From the IMG/VR virus record IMGVR_UViG_3300042566_000093, positions 1-25,238 of that record: a stretch of 25,238 bases of DNA; one strand, given 5' to 3'. Shown one piece after another: positions 1-9,251 of this stretch (its first letter is position 1; every line of letters starts with the position of its first letter). Below the pieces are notes generated by a model that was given only the letters and a program-made list of their open reading frames with translations, did not search any database and had not been told where the DNA came from. A program made the translations under genes and the position numbers. The stretch is from a virus (Duplodnaviria > Caudoviricetes).

Positions 1-102
1 GGTGAGTGCATTGATTTGTTTATGAAGTTAAGCAAGTTAGGTCAAGACTTTCAGTCAGCTCAACAGAGTGGTATTCGACCACCACCTCCCTCGGCTAATT
101 AA
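1..102 (+). CDS. 3' end of a truncated small ORF (…GECIDLFMKLSKLGQDFQSAQQSGIRPPPPSAN*), possibly a tail-associated chaperone
   Basis: Frame 1 is open from base 1 to TAA at 100-102, followed by the SD (AAGGAG) of the next gene. Confidence 0.55.
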   Translation, partial: GECIDLFMKLSKLGQDFQSAQQSGIRPPPPSAN

Positions 103-118
103 AATTAAGGAGTAAATC

Positions 119-694
119 ATGACGATGCCATCATCGGGGCCTATATCATTAAATCAAGCAAACACTGAGTTAGGCCGTTCTGCAACTGCTACTTTAGAAA
201 TGAATGACTCCGCACTTCGTGCTCTTGCAGGTGTTGGTGGTAGTGGTACAACTTGGGGTATGAACTCGTTGTATGGTAAATCTGCTGTAACAATTTCTCT
301 AGCACCTTTAGTGGGTGTATACGGTCTTGCATATCCGGGTAATACTGCTTACGCTGAATACATTTTCAACAGTAACGGAACCATACAAACTGGCACTAGC
401 GATGGGGGTATACAAGGTTCGGGTAACTGGGCAACGCCAACCACTACTAGCATTGGTTCAAGTTATTGGATAAGATTTACGCAAACTGGTTCTTCTGGTG
501 GCCCTATAACCGATACGGGTAACGCAAGAGGAGTTTGGATTCAAATAACACCGGTTTTATCTTTTGGCATTTCAGTAACAGCAAATGGCGCATTTTACAA
601 ACAATACACTGTTCAAATTGCAACTGATAGTGGTGGCTCCAACATTGTTGCAACAAAAACTGGCGTTGAAATAGGCGCTGAAATTATATTTTAA
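119..694 (+). CDS. Putative tail-fibre tip / receptor-binding structural protein
   Basis: SD AAGGAG. N-terminus MPSSGPISLNQANTELG is typical of small phage tail-tip proteins; the body is G/S/T-rich and beta-like. Confidence 0.55.
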   Translation: MTMPSSGPISLNQANTELGRSATATLEMNDSALRALAGVGGSGTTWGMNSLYGKSAVTISLAPLVGVYGLAYPGNTAYAEYIFNSNGTIQTGTSDGGIQGSGNWATPTTTSIGSSYWIRFTQTGSSGGPITDTGNARGVWIQITPVLSFGISVTANGAFYKQYTVQIATDSGGSNIVATKTGVEIGAEIIF

Positions 695-743
695 AATAGG
701 AAGTCACTACCTAACTTTAGTGACAATTTAAAGGAAAATAATA

Positions 744-983
744 ATGGGAAAAAATGAAAAGACACCCGTAACTATTGATGGTGTAGAATATAAATACGAA
801 GACATGACTCAAGAACAACAGATGTTTCTTAACCATGTTTCAGACTTAGATCGTAAACTTGATTCAGCACGATTCAATGTAGATCAATTACAAGTAGGTA
901 GAAATGCTTTCTTCGCTTTGTTGAAGCAAGCCCTTGAAGTTAAACAGGAACCTGACATCCAAGACGTAGAAGTAAAGGCATAA
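744..983 (+). CDS. Hypothetical phage protein (coiled coil)
   Basis: SD AAGGA; ITIDGVEY-type N-terminus followed by an amphipathic helix. Confidence 0.7.
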   Translation: MGKNEKTPVTIDGVEYKYEDMTQEQQMFLNHVSDLDRKLDSARFNVDQLQVGRNAFFALLKQALEVKQEPDIQDVEVKA

Positions 984-986
984 TAG

Positions 987-1229
987 ATGAACATCATTCA
1001 AGAACAAGAAGTAAGCCACTCACAGATATATGAACGACTTCTTTTGTTAGAAGCCAAAGTAGATAAACTAGATAAAAATACAGAGGAAGTTGTTAAAGCT
1101 TTTAATGCTGCTCAAGGTGCATTCATTGTTCTTGAATGGTTTGCCAAAGCAGTTAAACCAATAATTATTGTTGGTGCATTCTTTGGAGCCATATGGCTGG
1201 CTATTGATAACAAGCTACATTTAAAATGA
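987..1229 (+). CDS. Small membrane protein of the lysis region (coiled coil plus C-terminal TM; holin/XhlA-like)
   Basis: ERLLLLEAKVDKLDK coiled coil, then hydrophobic PIIIVGAFFGAIWLAI. Confidence 0.55.
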   Translation: MNIIQEQEVSHSQIYERLLLLEAKVDKLDKNTEEVVKAFNAAQGAFIVLEWFAKAVKPIIIVGAFFGAIWLAIDNKLHLK

Positions 1230-1519
1230 AGTGGCTTTTAGCTGCAGTATTATTGATGGTATCAGTAGCATCTTCTCAAACGATTAGATGCTCTACAGTA
1301 GAGTTCTATGGATTAGGTATGACAATATTTAATCCATCAGAACGACACGTTAGCCTTAGCAGGTGGCTAGACTTTAATGGTCCTAAATGTAGTAAGGAAG
1401 ATTTGGTATTAATCTGGAATAACCTACCCGAATGGGCTGGCACTGCTGATAGTGCCGAACTAAGAAGTAAGGTAGCTATTCTTTATCAACAACTCATTGA
1501 GAAGGAAACAAAGAAATGA
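1226..1519 (+). CDS. Secreted/periplasmic hypothetical protein
   Basis: ATGA overlap with the upstream gene; signal peptide MKWLLAAVLLMVSVASS; two Cys. Confidence 0.65.
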   Translation: MKWLLAAVLLMVSVASSQTIRCSTVEFYGLGMTIFNPSERHVSLSRWLDFNGPKCSKEDLVLIWNNLPEWAGTADSAELRSKVAILYQQLIEKETKK

Positions 1520-1755
1520 AACTATACAGCTATGATAAGTATTATCCTTTAGTACATCCTTCGTACCACAATGCAAGTCTTCAACTCTATAACAAAAAAC
1601 TGGAGCTATTAAATGTTGAAAGAGAAATTCTTAGAGAAATTAAAAGGGTTACTAAAGCCTATCACGACATGGAATATGAACTTTATCTTCTCAAAAATAA
1701 AGAGCTTCTTATCGAAAGACAAATCAACGATCCAACCCTCGACATCTACGCATAA
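1516..1755 (+). CDS. Hypothetical protein
   Basis: ATGA overlap, SD GAAGGA, fills the gap in a tightly packed operon. Confidence 0.6.
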   Translation: MKLYSYDKYYPLVHPSYHNASLQLYNKKLELLNVEREILREIKRVTKAYHDMEYELYLLKNKELLIERQINDPTLDIYA

Positions 1756-1765
1756 GGAGAAAACC

Positions 1766-2002
1766 GTGGAAGATCTAAAAGGAAAACTAACTTATAATGT
1801 TACTTTTATGGTTAGTGCAACATTATGTTTATCTGTGTTAGCTATGATCTCTGCTTTTTGTTTTGGTTTATATTCCAGACAAGTAGAGGATGGTGAGATA
1901 TTTAAACTATTGTCACCTGCATTTCAAACTATTATTGGTGGATTTATTGGTTTGCTTGCTGGTATTAAACTTTCTCATGACGAGCATAGGAACACAAAAT
2001 GA
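1766..2002 (+). CDS. Two-TM membrane protein (holin-like); start revised to GTG at 1766
   Basis: SD AAGGAG just upstream of the in-frame GTG at 1766; two hydrophobic helices; removes the long overlap implied by the 1613 start. Confidence 0.65.
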   Translation: MEDLKGKLTYNVTFMVSATLCLSVLAMISAFCFGLYSRQVEDGEIFKLLSPAFQTIIGGFIGLLAGIKLSHDEHRNTK

Positions 2003-2415
2003 GCTTACTGGATAATTTAAACCCCCTATTATCTATCGGTGGAAAGATCCTCGATAGGGTATTACCAGACCCAGCGCAAGCATTTGCTGCTAAAGCTGAA
2101 CTACAAAAGTTAGAACAGACGGGTGAGTTAGCTAAGATGGCTAATGAAACTAAACTGTATGAAACTGAACAGAACAATTTAACTCAGCGCATGCAAGCTG
2201 ATATGGCTAGTGACTCATGGATGTCTAAGAATATAAGACCCTTGACTCTAGTTTTCCTTTTAATAGCCTATTCTGGATTTGCTATTGCATCTATATTTGA
2301 TTATGAAACCCGTGGAGCCTATGTAGAACTACTAGGTCAATGGGGTATGCTAGTTATGTCCTTTTATTTTGGTGGACGTACAATGGAAAAGATTGCAGAC
2401 AGGGTTAAGAAATGA
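1999..2415 (+). CDS. Holin (GTA-type 3TM holin family)
   Basis: GKILDRVLPDP N-terminus, SDSWMSKNIRP motif, YFGGRTMEK C-terminus; directly before the endolysin. Confidence 0.8.
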   Translation: MSLLDNLNPLLSIGGKILDRVLPDPAQAFAAKAELQKLEQTGELAKMANETKLYETEQNNLTQRMQADMASDSWMSKNIRPLTLVFLLIAYSGFAIASIFDYETRGAYVELLGQWGMLVMSFYFGGRTMEKIADRVKK

Positions 2416-2870
2416 CAAAGCTAAGTGAAAACTTTACACTCGAAGAAGCTACACATTCAGACACGGCTGTTCGGATGGGTATTAACAATCAACCAGATGA
2501 GCGTCAACTTGAGAACATGAAGAAGGCGGCTGAAGGTATGCAACAGATACGTGCTGTACTAGGTAAACCTATCAGCGTAAACTCTTGGCTAAGGCTACCT
2601 GAAGTAAACGTAGCCGTTGGTGGATCACGAGTATCCTCCCACATGGATGGTTGGGCTATTGACTTTACATCGTCCTACGGTAATCCGCTAGCAGTATGCA
2701 AAGCTATTGAAGCTGCTGGAATTAAATTTGATCAGATGATTCACGAGTATGGTCGTTGGACTCATATTTCTTTTGCACCTGAAATGCGGGGTCAGAAGCT
2801 AACTATTTTCCGACCTGCAAATAAATACAAGTCAGGTCTATTAACCGAAGAAGAATATAATAAAACTTAA
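2412..2870 (+). CDS. Endolysin, Zn peptidase family M15
   Basis: LSENFTLEE, NSWLR…NVAVGG..SSHMDGWAIDF (H, D ligands), WTHISF (third ligand). Confidence 0.88.
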   Translation: MTKLSENFTLEEATHSDTAVRMGINNQPDERQLENMKKAAEGMQQIRAVLGKPISVNSWLRLPEVNVAVGGSRVSSHMDGWAIDFTSSYGNPLAVCKAIEAAGIKFDQMIHEYGRWTHISFAPEMRGQKLTIFRPANKYKSGLLTEEEYNKT

Positions 2871-2884
2871 TCGGTACCTATTAG
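2871..2884 (+). promoter_or_regulatory. Candidate phage RNAP promoter TCGGTACCTATTAG
   Basis: Intergenic; the motif recurs at 20831-20844 and 23644-23656, each oriented with the downstream gene. Confidence 0.55.
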
Positions 2885-2902
2885 TAATAAAAAGGATATC
2901 TT

Positions 2903-4426
2903 ATGGCAACACCAATTACAGACCTAGGTAAGGGAGGTCTCAACACAGACCTATCCCCTTTAATTGTTCCTCCTAATGTTTTTTCTGATGTACTCAATGT
3001 TCGGTTTGATGATAATGCAGTACAAACAATTACTGGAGAAGCAGCATACAGGACTGTAGCTATTGCTCCTAACTATGGTATTCACTGGAAAAGACCTGAT
3101 CAAGGTTATAACATCTTTGCTAAGAATGGAGCTATCGTTCGAGTAGATGCTGCTGGTAATACATCAAATATGTTTGCTTCAGCAGACGTAGTGTATGATA
3201 ACAGTGATTGGCAAGGTACACAATTTAACGGTGGCTTTGCTATTATTGTAAACAACGGTCAAACAACACCTTTGTACTGCCTGTATGGTAGTCCCTCAGC
3301 AGGATCAACCTTTCAACCATTACCTAACTGGAACTATATTGCGGGTTTAGCTGTTACTGCTAAAGTAATAAGAGCATACAACTATTCTCTTGTTGCGGCT
3401 AACCTAACATTAACACAAGACGGTATCAGCACTTATGCTCCCGGAACTGTACGTGTCTCTGTTCAAGCCCCTACAGGTAATGTACCTCAAGTGTGGCAAC
3501 CCGGAACCACAACAGACACAGCTGATGAGTTTGAATTAAGCTCTACCTCTCAAGTACTTGATATGCTTGACCTTAGGGGTAACATGTTTATTTACTCTGA
3601 AGACAGTATTAACATATTGTCTATTGGAACAGTATCTAAAGTAACCCCATACTCAAAGTCTTATGGTATTCTTGGTGTAGATTGTGTATGTGAGTTTGAT
3701 GGTAACCACTTTGTTGTAGATCGTAATGATATTTATATTCACAATGGTTCAGGTAATATTGAATCTATTGCTGACTTCAGAATTAAAAAGTATTTCTTTA
3801 ATAATTTAAATAAAGCACAAATCAATAAGGTACACGTAGTACGTAATCCATTCTATAAAGAGATCTGGATTAATTATCCTAAAGGATCTTCTACAGTATG
3901 TAACGAAGCTCTTATCTTTAATTATAAAAATAATACATGGACAAAGAGACAATTAGCTAGCGTTACATATGCGTTTAATGCTCCACAGAATTTAAATAGT
4001 ACTTTTGTGTATGCTAAACAAGAGTTGTTGTTTACAACTACCAGTACACAAACATTAATTACTAATGATACTTATCTTATGTACAATGGTACTACCTTTG
4101 TTCCATATAACTCTTATGTATCAAAGAAGATTAATACAGGAGATTTAACAGCTAGCTCCCTTATTAATTCAATATACCCTCTGTTTGATAAAGTATCTTC
4201 AACAGCAAGTATTAGTATTAAAGTACGTGGTCAAAATAATTATATTGATGAACCAACATATACCGCAGAGGATGTATTTACATTCTTACCTAATAATCAA
4301 AAATCACAGGGCTACAAGGTAGACCCAAGAGTTAATGGTCGTGTAATGAACTTATATATTACATCAACAGATTATTGGAGACTACCAATGATATCGTTTG
4401 ATGTTAGACCAGCAGACAGGAGGTAA
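2903..4426 (+). CDS. Tail tubular / packaged-DNA stabilisation protein (P22 gp10 / T7 gp12-like nozzle)
   Basis: GGLNTDLSP…NVRF N-terminus; beta-propeller-like segments (EIWINYP, LIFNYKNNTWT); position before the fibre and ejection genes. Confidence 0.7.
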   Translation: MATPITDLGKGGLNTDLSPLIVPPNVFSDVLNVRFDDNAVQTITGEAAYRTVAIAPNYGIHWKRPDQGYNIFAKNGAIVRVDAAGNTSNMFASADVVYDNSDWQGTQFNGGFAIIVNNGQTTPLYCLYGSPSAGSTFQPLPNWNYIAGLAVTAKVIRAYNYSLVAANLTLTQDGISTYAPGTVRVSVQAPTGNVPQVWQPGTTTDTADEFELSSTSQVLDMLDLRGNMFIYSEDSINILSIGTVSKVTPYSKSYGILGVDCVCEFDGNHFVVDRNDIYIHNGSGNIESIADFRIKKYFFNNLNKAQINKVHVVRNPFYKEIWINYPKGSSTVCNEALIFNYKNNTWTKRQLASVTYAFNAPQNLNSTFVYAKQELLFTTTSTQTLITNDTYLMYNGTTFVPYNSYVSKKINTGDLTASSLINSIYPLFDKVSSTASISIKVRGQNNYIDEPTYTAEDVFTFLPNNQKSQGYKVDPRVNGRVMNLYITSTDYWRLPMISFDVRPADRR

Positions 4427-4428
4427 TA

Positions 4429-6540
4429 ATGTTTAATCCACCTATTACAGGGGATAAAGAGCTTGATGCTTATTTGTTTGATTTAAGTTTAAATATTGAT
4501 GGATTGTCTGGAGGTACTGAGTCTAACCCTAATCTTCCTGCTGGAGATCCGGGTTCTTATACTTACCAGTATATCCATGTTAAATATGCTGATGACAATG
4601 TAGGCACAGGTTTTTCTAACACACCTACTCTTAAGCTTTACTTTGGTATTTTTAACAGTAGTTCTTCTATTGAATCAACTAATCCAGCAGACTACACTTG
4701 GTATAAATCTATATTTCCATTTGGTACTATTAACTTTTTATATTACCTTATTCTTGGTGGTAGAAAAATTAAGTTTGCTGTTAATACTTCTCCTCCAAAC
4801 TATCATTGGAAACAAGACGATGGTAGTGCTATTGATCTAGATACTATTGTTCCCCCATCTACAATCTCTTTTAATGAGATTATGAATAATGCGGTTACTG
4901 AGCTTAAGATTGCGGCTAATGCTGTTACTGCCACAAAAATTAACGTAGCGGCTCTTGATCAAGCCTTCGGAGACTTAAGACCTAACACGGTATCTGCGGC
5001 TCAAATTGCTACTAATGCGGTAACTAATTTAAAAATTCTTGATGGTGCTATTACTGCTAACAAAACTGCTTTAGCTGCTCTTGATACCACATTAGGTAAT
5101 CTTAAAACAGATACCGTTAATGCGGCTAATTTAGTTGCTGGTGCGGTGACTGAAGTTAAGATTGCTACTTCTGCTATTACAGAAACAAAGATTGCTTCTA
5201 ACTCAATTACATCTCCTAAGATTATTGCTGGAGCAATTATCGCAGATAAGATTGCGGCTAATGCGGTTATTGCAGATAAGATTGCAGCTAACGCAATTAC
5301 ATCAGACAAGATTAGTGCTAATGCTATTGTTGCAGGTAAAATTGCAGCTGATGCTGTTGTAGCAAACAACATCCAAGCTGGCACAATTACTGGTGACAAG
5401 ATTTTTGCTAACACTATTACAGGTGCTAACATTGCGGCATTCACTATTGGTGCTCAAGCTATTGCGGCTCAAGCTATTACTGCGGTTAAGATTGAAGCTG
5501 GTGCTATTATTGCGGATAAGATTGCGGCTGGTGCCGTAACAGCAGACAAAATAACAGTAGCAAACCTTGCGGCTCTTACTGCTAATATGGGTACACTTAC
5601 CTCAGGTGAAATTATTGTTGGCTCTGCTCCTTCGTTGAGTGGTACAACAATGACTGGCTCAGGTACGCACTTATATTCTAATGGTACATTTGTTTTAGGT
5701 AATCCAACAACTAACGTTACATTTAACGGTTCAGTGTTAAGTCTTAATGGCAATATTGTTGCTAATGGTAACATTGTTGATGGTGCTATTACTGGTAATA
5801 AGGTTGCTACTAACGCTATCTCTGCAGATAAAATTACAGCAGGAGCTATCACAGCTGACAAGATTACTGCAGGAGCTATTACAGCTGACAAAATAACAGC
5901 AGGAGCTATTACAGCTGACAAAATAACAGCAGGAGCTATTACCGCAGACAAAATTGCGGCAGGTACTGTGTGGACTAATAACCTTGTTGTAGGTTCTTCT
6001 CCAGATATTTCTGGTACTAGTATGTCTGGCTCAGGTGCCAGAATTAATAGTAGCGGTACATTTGCTATTGGTAATAGTTCTACTAACATTACTTACAATG
6101 GTAGTGCTATGTACCTTAATGGTAACGTAGTTGCTACAGGTAACATTAACGCTAATGCGGTAACAATTTCTGCAAGCGCATTTACTGCAGGAGAATCTAG
6201 AAATACAGCCTTAGGTGTTTGGCAAGATATTCAATCAGTAGTAATTACAACATCAGGTCAACGGGTTTATATTTCAAGTTGTGCTACCCCACTTGTTGGA
6301 ATTTACATTAACACTGAAGGTGGAAATTCAGCTATTTATCCTATTTTTAGACTTGCCAGAGATTCAAATGAATTATTAAGAGCAGATCAAGGATCAATGT
6401 CTTTTAGCGAAACCCCTAGTGCTGGAACTTATACTTATAGCCTTCAATGTTTTACTACAAATCCGGGTGCTGTTTATTATGTTGAACCTCTTGCTGGTGG
6501 CTCAAATAGATCTTTATTTGTAATGGAAACAAAACGATGA
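4429..6540 (+). CDS. Tail fibre with 10-aa (AITADKIAAG) repeats
   Basis: Long decapeptide-repeat shaft, duplicated beta modules, followed by a Tfa-like chaperone. Confidence 0.8.
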   Translation: MFNPPITGDKELDAYLFDLSLNIDGLSGGTESNPNLPAGDPGSYTYQYIHVKYADDNVGTGFSNTPTLKLYFGIFNSSSSIESTNPADYTWYKSIFPFGTINFLYYLILGGRKIKFAVNTSPPNYHWKQDDGSAIDLDTIVPPSTISFNEIMNNAVTELKIAANAVTATKINVAALDQAFGDLRPNTVSAAQIATNAVTNLKILDGAITANKTALAALDTTLGNLKTDTVNAANLVAGAVTEVKIATSAITETKIASNSITSPKIIAGAIIADKIAANAVIADKIAANAITSDKISANAIVAGKIAADAVVANNIQAGTITGDKIFANTITGANIAAFTIGAQAIAAQAITAVKIEAGAIIADKIAAGAVTADKITVANLAALTANMGTLTSGEIIVGSAPSLSGTTMTGSGTHLYSNGTFVLGNPTTNVTFNGSVLSLNGNIVANGNIVDGAITGNKVATNAISADKITAGAITADKITAGAITADKITAGAITADKITAGAITADKIAAGTVWTNNLVVGSSPDISGTSMSGSGARINSSGTFAIGNSSTNITYNGSAMYLNGNVVATGNINANAVTISASAFTAGESRNTALGVWQDIQSVVITTSGQRVYISSCATPLVGIYINTEGGNSAIYPIFRLARDSNELLRADQGSMSFSETPSAGTYTYSLQCFTTNPGAVYYVEPLAGGSNRSLFVMETKR
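5821..5970 (+). repeat. Five 30-nt in-frame tandem repeats (TADKITAGAI); units 5881-5910 and 5911-5940 are identical
   Basis: Read directly: acagctgacaaaataacagcaggagctatt x2 plus three degenerate copies. Confidence 0.92.
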
Positions 6541-6941
6541 AATACTCAATCTATACAAACAATGGTAAAATAATTAAACTTGTTGATTGTAATAACATTG
6601 AACAACAGCTTTCTGATGGAGAGCTTTATATTGACGGTTGGTTTAATGATTCTGAATACTATATAGAAGATAGTCAAGCAATACAAATGCCTTTTAAACC
6701 AGATCAATATTCTGTTTTTAATTACACAACAAAGCAATGGGTTGAAAATGAAAGAATGGCAATTATAAATGTTTCTGATAAAAGACAGAAATTGCTTTAT
6801 TCAACTGACTGGACTCAAATCCCTAACGGACCTTTAACTCAACAACAACAAGAAGCTTGGGCAGTATATCGCCAACAACTTCGTGATATACCTGAGCAGT
6901 CTGGATATCCATTCAACGTAGTGTGGCCAACACCACCATAA
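6537..6941 (+). CDS. Tail fibre assembly chaperone
   Basis: R..LL..TDWTQ…WAVYRQQLRDIPEQSGYPFNVVWPTPP signature. Confidence 0.85.
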   Translation: MKYSIYTNNGKIIKLVDCNNIEQQLSDGELYIDGWFNDSEYYIEDSQAIQMPFKPDQYSVFNYTTKQWVENERMAIINVSDKRQKLLYSTDWTQIPNGPLTQQQQEAWAVYRQQLRDIPEQSGYPFNVVWPTPP

Positions 6942-6946
6942 ATAAT

Positions 6947-7366
6947 ATGAAAATAATTCTACTAACCCCCGACCAAACAGTTCAACATTGGTCTGTTATC
7001 TCAGGATATCTGAGTAAAGTAATTGAGCATAGCCAAGGAGAATCATCACTTACAGACTATCTTAAGAAGATCCTCAATGAATATGTTCAATGTTGGGCGG
7101 TAGTAGATGATGGTTTAAATATTATTGGTGTTGGTCTCACTCAATACTTACAATACTCTCAACACAAAACACTTCACATCATTGCTTTTTCTGGTAGTGA
7201 CTTTGAAGAACAATCTAAGGTGTTCCCTACAGTGGAACAATTTGCCCGTGATTCTGGCTGTAAAGCTATTGAACAATGGGGTCGTCCAGGATGGGCAAAG
7301 GTACTACCAAAGTATGTATCTGGATTTAAAGAAGCTTACGTAGTAATGCGAAAGGATTTAGAATGA
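6947..7366 (+). CDS. GNAT-fold virion assembly protein (T7 gp13 / P22 gp14-like); ATG at 6947 preferred
   Basis: LHIIAFSG…EQFARDSGCKAIEQWGRPGWAKVL; typical position just before the ejection genes. Confidence 0.65.
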   Translation: MKIILLTPDQTVQHWSVISGYLSKVIEHSQGESSLTDYLKKILNEYVQCWAVVDDGLNIIGVGLTQYLQYSQHKTLHIIAFSGSDFEEQSKVFPTVEQFARDSGCKAIEQWGRPGWAKVLPKYVSGFKEAYVVMRKDLE

Positions 7367-8244
7367 AATATAAAATTAATGGTTCTATAAAAAGGAACTA
7401 CGGTGGTGGTGGAGGTACTAGTACAGTAAGTAGTATTCCTGATTGGGCGCAACCCTACCTACAAAATGTTGGTAATGCTGCTGAAGCTGGTTATAGGTCA
7501 GGTGATCTAGGCAAAGTAGCTGGTGCATCAAGACTTCAATCAGACGCTTTTGGTGGTGGCGCTAATCTTATTGGTGCAACAACTACAGGTGCTGCTGGTG
7601 CTTTGAGTGATCAATCAGGTCGCTTGGCTAACCTTGCTTCTACTGGTGTTGATACATCTGGCTCTGAAGCCTTGATTAGTAGTGCCACAGGCTCTATGGC
7701 TGACCAAGCTAAACGACTCACTGGTATGGCTATGGCTCCTAGTGCTGAGACTCTTGCGGCTCAAAAGTCAGGTATCTTACTTGACGCACAAAAGAAAGTC
7801 TCAGGATTGAATACTGGTTTTGGTCAAGCAGGTACATTAGGTTCTGCACGACAAGCTGTTATGCAAGGTGCTCAGAACGCTGAGACTACAGGTCAGCTTG
7901 CTAAGGTTGATGCTGAATATGAAAACAATATGTTTAGAAACCGACTTGCCGCTGAACAAGCTTTGGCAGGTACTCAGACAGGTACTCTTAATGCCGCTAC
8001 TAACTTGGCTAATCTTAGGTCAGGTGATGTTAGCACACGTCTTGCAGCTGAACAAGCTCTTCAGGGCGGTGCATCAGCAGGTGCTAACATTGTTAACACA
8101 GGTGTTGGTAATATTGCTAAACTTGGTGGTGAACAACGTGGTATTGATCAACAAGGTCTTGACGCAGGTTGGCAAGGTCTTCAGCGTTATGCTTCAACTA
8201 TCTATGGTAACCCTGCAAGACAACAAGCGACTGGAGGTAAATAA
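7363..8244 (+). CDS. Internal virion / DNA pilot (ejection) protein
   Basis: GGGGGTSTVSSIPDWAQPY start, A/G/Q-rich, GTLGSARQA motif, internal repeat RLAAEQAL x2. Confidence 0.6.
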   Translation: MKYKINGSIKRNYGGGGGTSTVSSIPDWAQPYLQNVGNAAEAGYRSGDLGKVAGASRLQSDAFGGGANLIGATTTGAAGALSDQSGRLANLASTGVDTSGSEALISSATGSMADQAKRLTGMAMAPSAETLAAQKSGILLDAQKKVSGLNTGFGQAGTLGSARQAVMQGAQNAETTGQLAKVDAEYENNMFRNRLAAEQALAGTQTGTLNAATNLANLRSGDVSTRLAAEQALQGGASAGANIVNTGVGNIAKLGGEQRGIDQQGLDAGWQGLQRYASTIYGNPARQQATGGK

Positions 8245-9242
8245 TGGCTGGATCACAAGGTATGCCAACTTCAGTGGCTCCTCAACAAGGACAACCACAA
8301 TCTACCCCCTCGGTGTTTAATATGGCAAATCAGCCAAGCGCTGATATGATGAGTCCTGCTGTTATGCCCACTCAACCCTCTATGGGCGGTGGTAAAGGTG
8401 CTGGACCAATGCAACCCCAAAAGACTGCTATGGGTACTCCTATTGTTTATGGTAATGTTTATTCTAATTCGAATCAACCATTTAATCCATCACCAAACTC
8501 ACCCTCAATAACTAATCCAACAGTAACTGAAAAACCATATGATGTACTTCAAGACCCAAGCTTTTATATGGCTGCTGACGGTACAACAAGTGTTCCTGGT
8601 TATGCTATGGGTACTACTGGTGTAGATGATCCATGGGATTGGTCTAATAAAGCCCCAGTAGCTCCATTAGCTGTGACTATTAAACCTTCTGAAGCAGTAA
8701 TACCACAAGTTGTTCCTGATCAAACAGAACAACAACTAGGTCAGATGGCTATGGGTATGGGTACTAATGCAGCCGCAAAGGGTATTGATGCCGCATACAA
8801 AGCTTATAATGCACCATTGACAACTCAAGCAGTAGGTTCTATGGGAACTACCGCTAGTGGCGCTCCAGTGGCATTAACTAACATAGGAGCTTTGTCTGCA
8901 CCTGCCGCATCTTCTATGCCAACAGCTATAGGCGCTATGTCAACCCCTATGAGTGGTGCTCTTCTTCCTGCTAGCGGTTTGGGAAGTGTCGCTGGTGCTG
9001 GAACAGGTATTGCCGCAGGATCTGCTGCACCTATTGGTGCTACTATTGGTTCAAGCCTAGGCACTGGTCTTGCAGCTGCTGAAGGTGCTACATTAGCTGG
9101 AGCTGGAACTGCAGCCGCTGGAACTGGTGCTGCTGGGCTCGGCAGTGCTTTAGGTGCTGGTGGTAGTGCTGCTTTGGCGGCTCTTGGCCCTGTGGGAGCT
9201 ACTATCGCAGCAGGGTTAGTTTTAAAGAAAATACTTGGATAA
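8244..9242 (+). CDS. Internal virion (ejection) protein with P/Q-rich N-terminus and A/G-rich hydrophobic C-terminus
   Basis: TAATG overlap, SD GGAGG; C-terminal GxxxG-rich membrane-insertion-like segment. Confidence 0.6.
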   Translation: MAGSQGMPTSVAPQQGQPQSTPSVFNMANQPSADMMSPAVMPTQPSMGGGKGAGPMQPQKTAMGTPIVYGNVYSNSNQPFNPSPNSPSITNPTVTEKPYDVLQDPSFYMAADGTTSVPGYAMGTTGVDDPWDWSNKAPVAPLAVTIKPSEAVIPQVVPDQTEQQLGQMAMGMGTNAAAKGIDAAYKAYNAPLTTQAVGSMGTTASGAPVALTNIGALSAPAASSMPTAIGAMSTPMSGALLPASGLGSVAGAGTGIAAGSAAPIGATIGSSLGTGLAAAEGATLAGAGTAAAGTGAAGLGSALGAGGSAALAALGPVGATIAAGLVLKKILG

Positions 9243-9251
9243 GGAAATACT

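Noticed and set aside
1613-1765. Upstream extension of the 129-aa ORF
   Set aside because: TTG start without an SD, overlapping 1516-1755; GTG at 1766 has a strong SD
5821-5970. 30-nt repeats as a possible CRISPR array
   Set aside because: Head-to-tail with no spacers, in frame in a CDS, variation mostly at third codon positions
5001-6089. Antisense ORFs 5001-5444 and 5469-6089
   Set aside because: Shadows of the repetitive Ala/Ile-rich tail fibre codons
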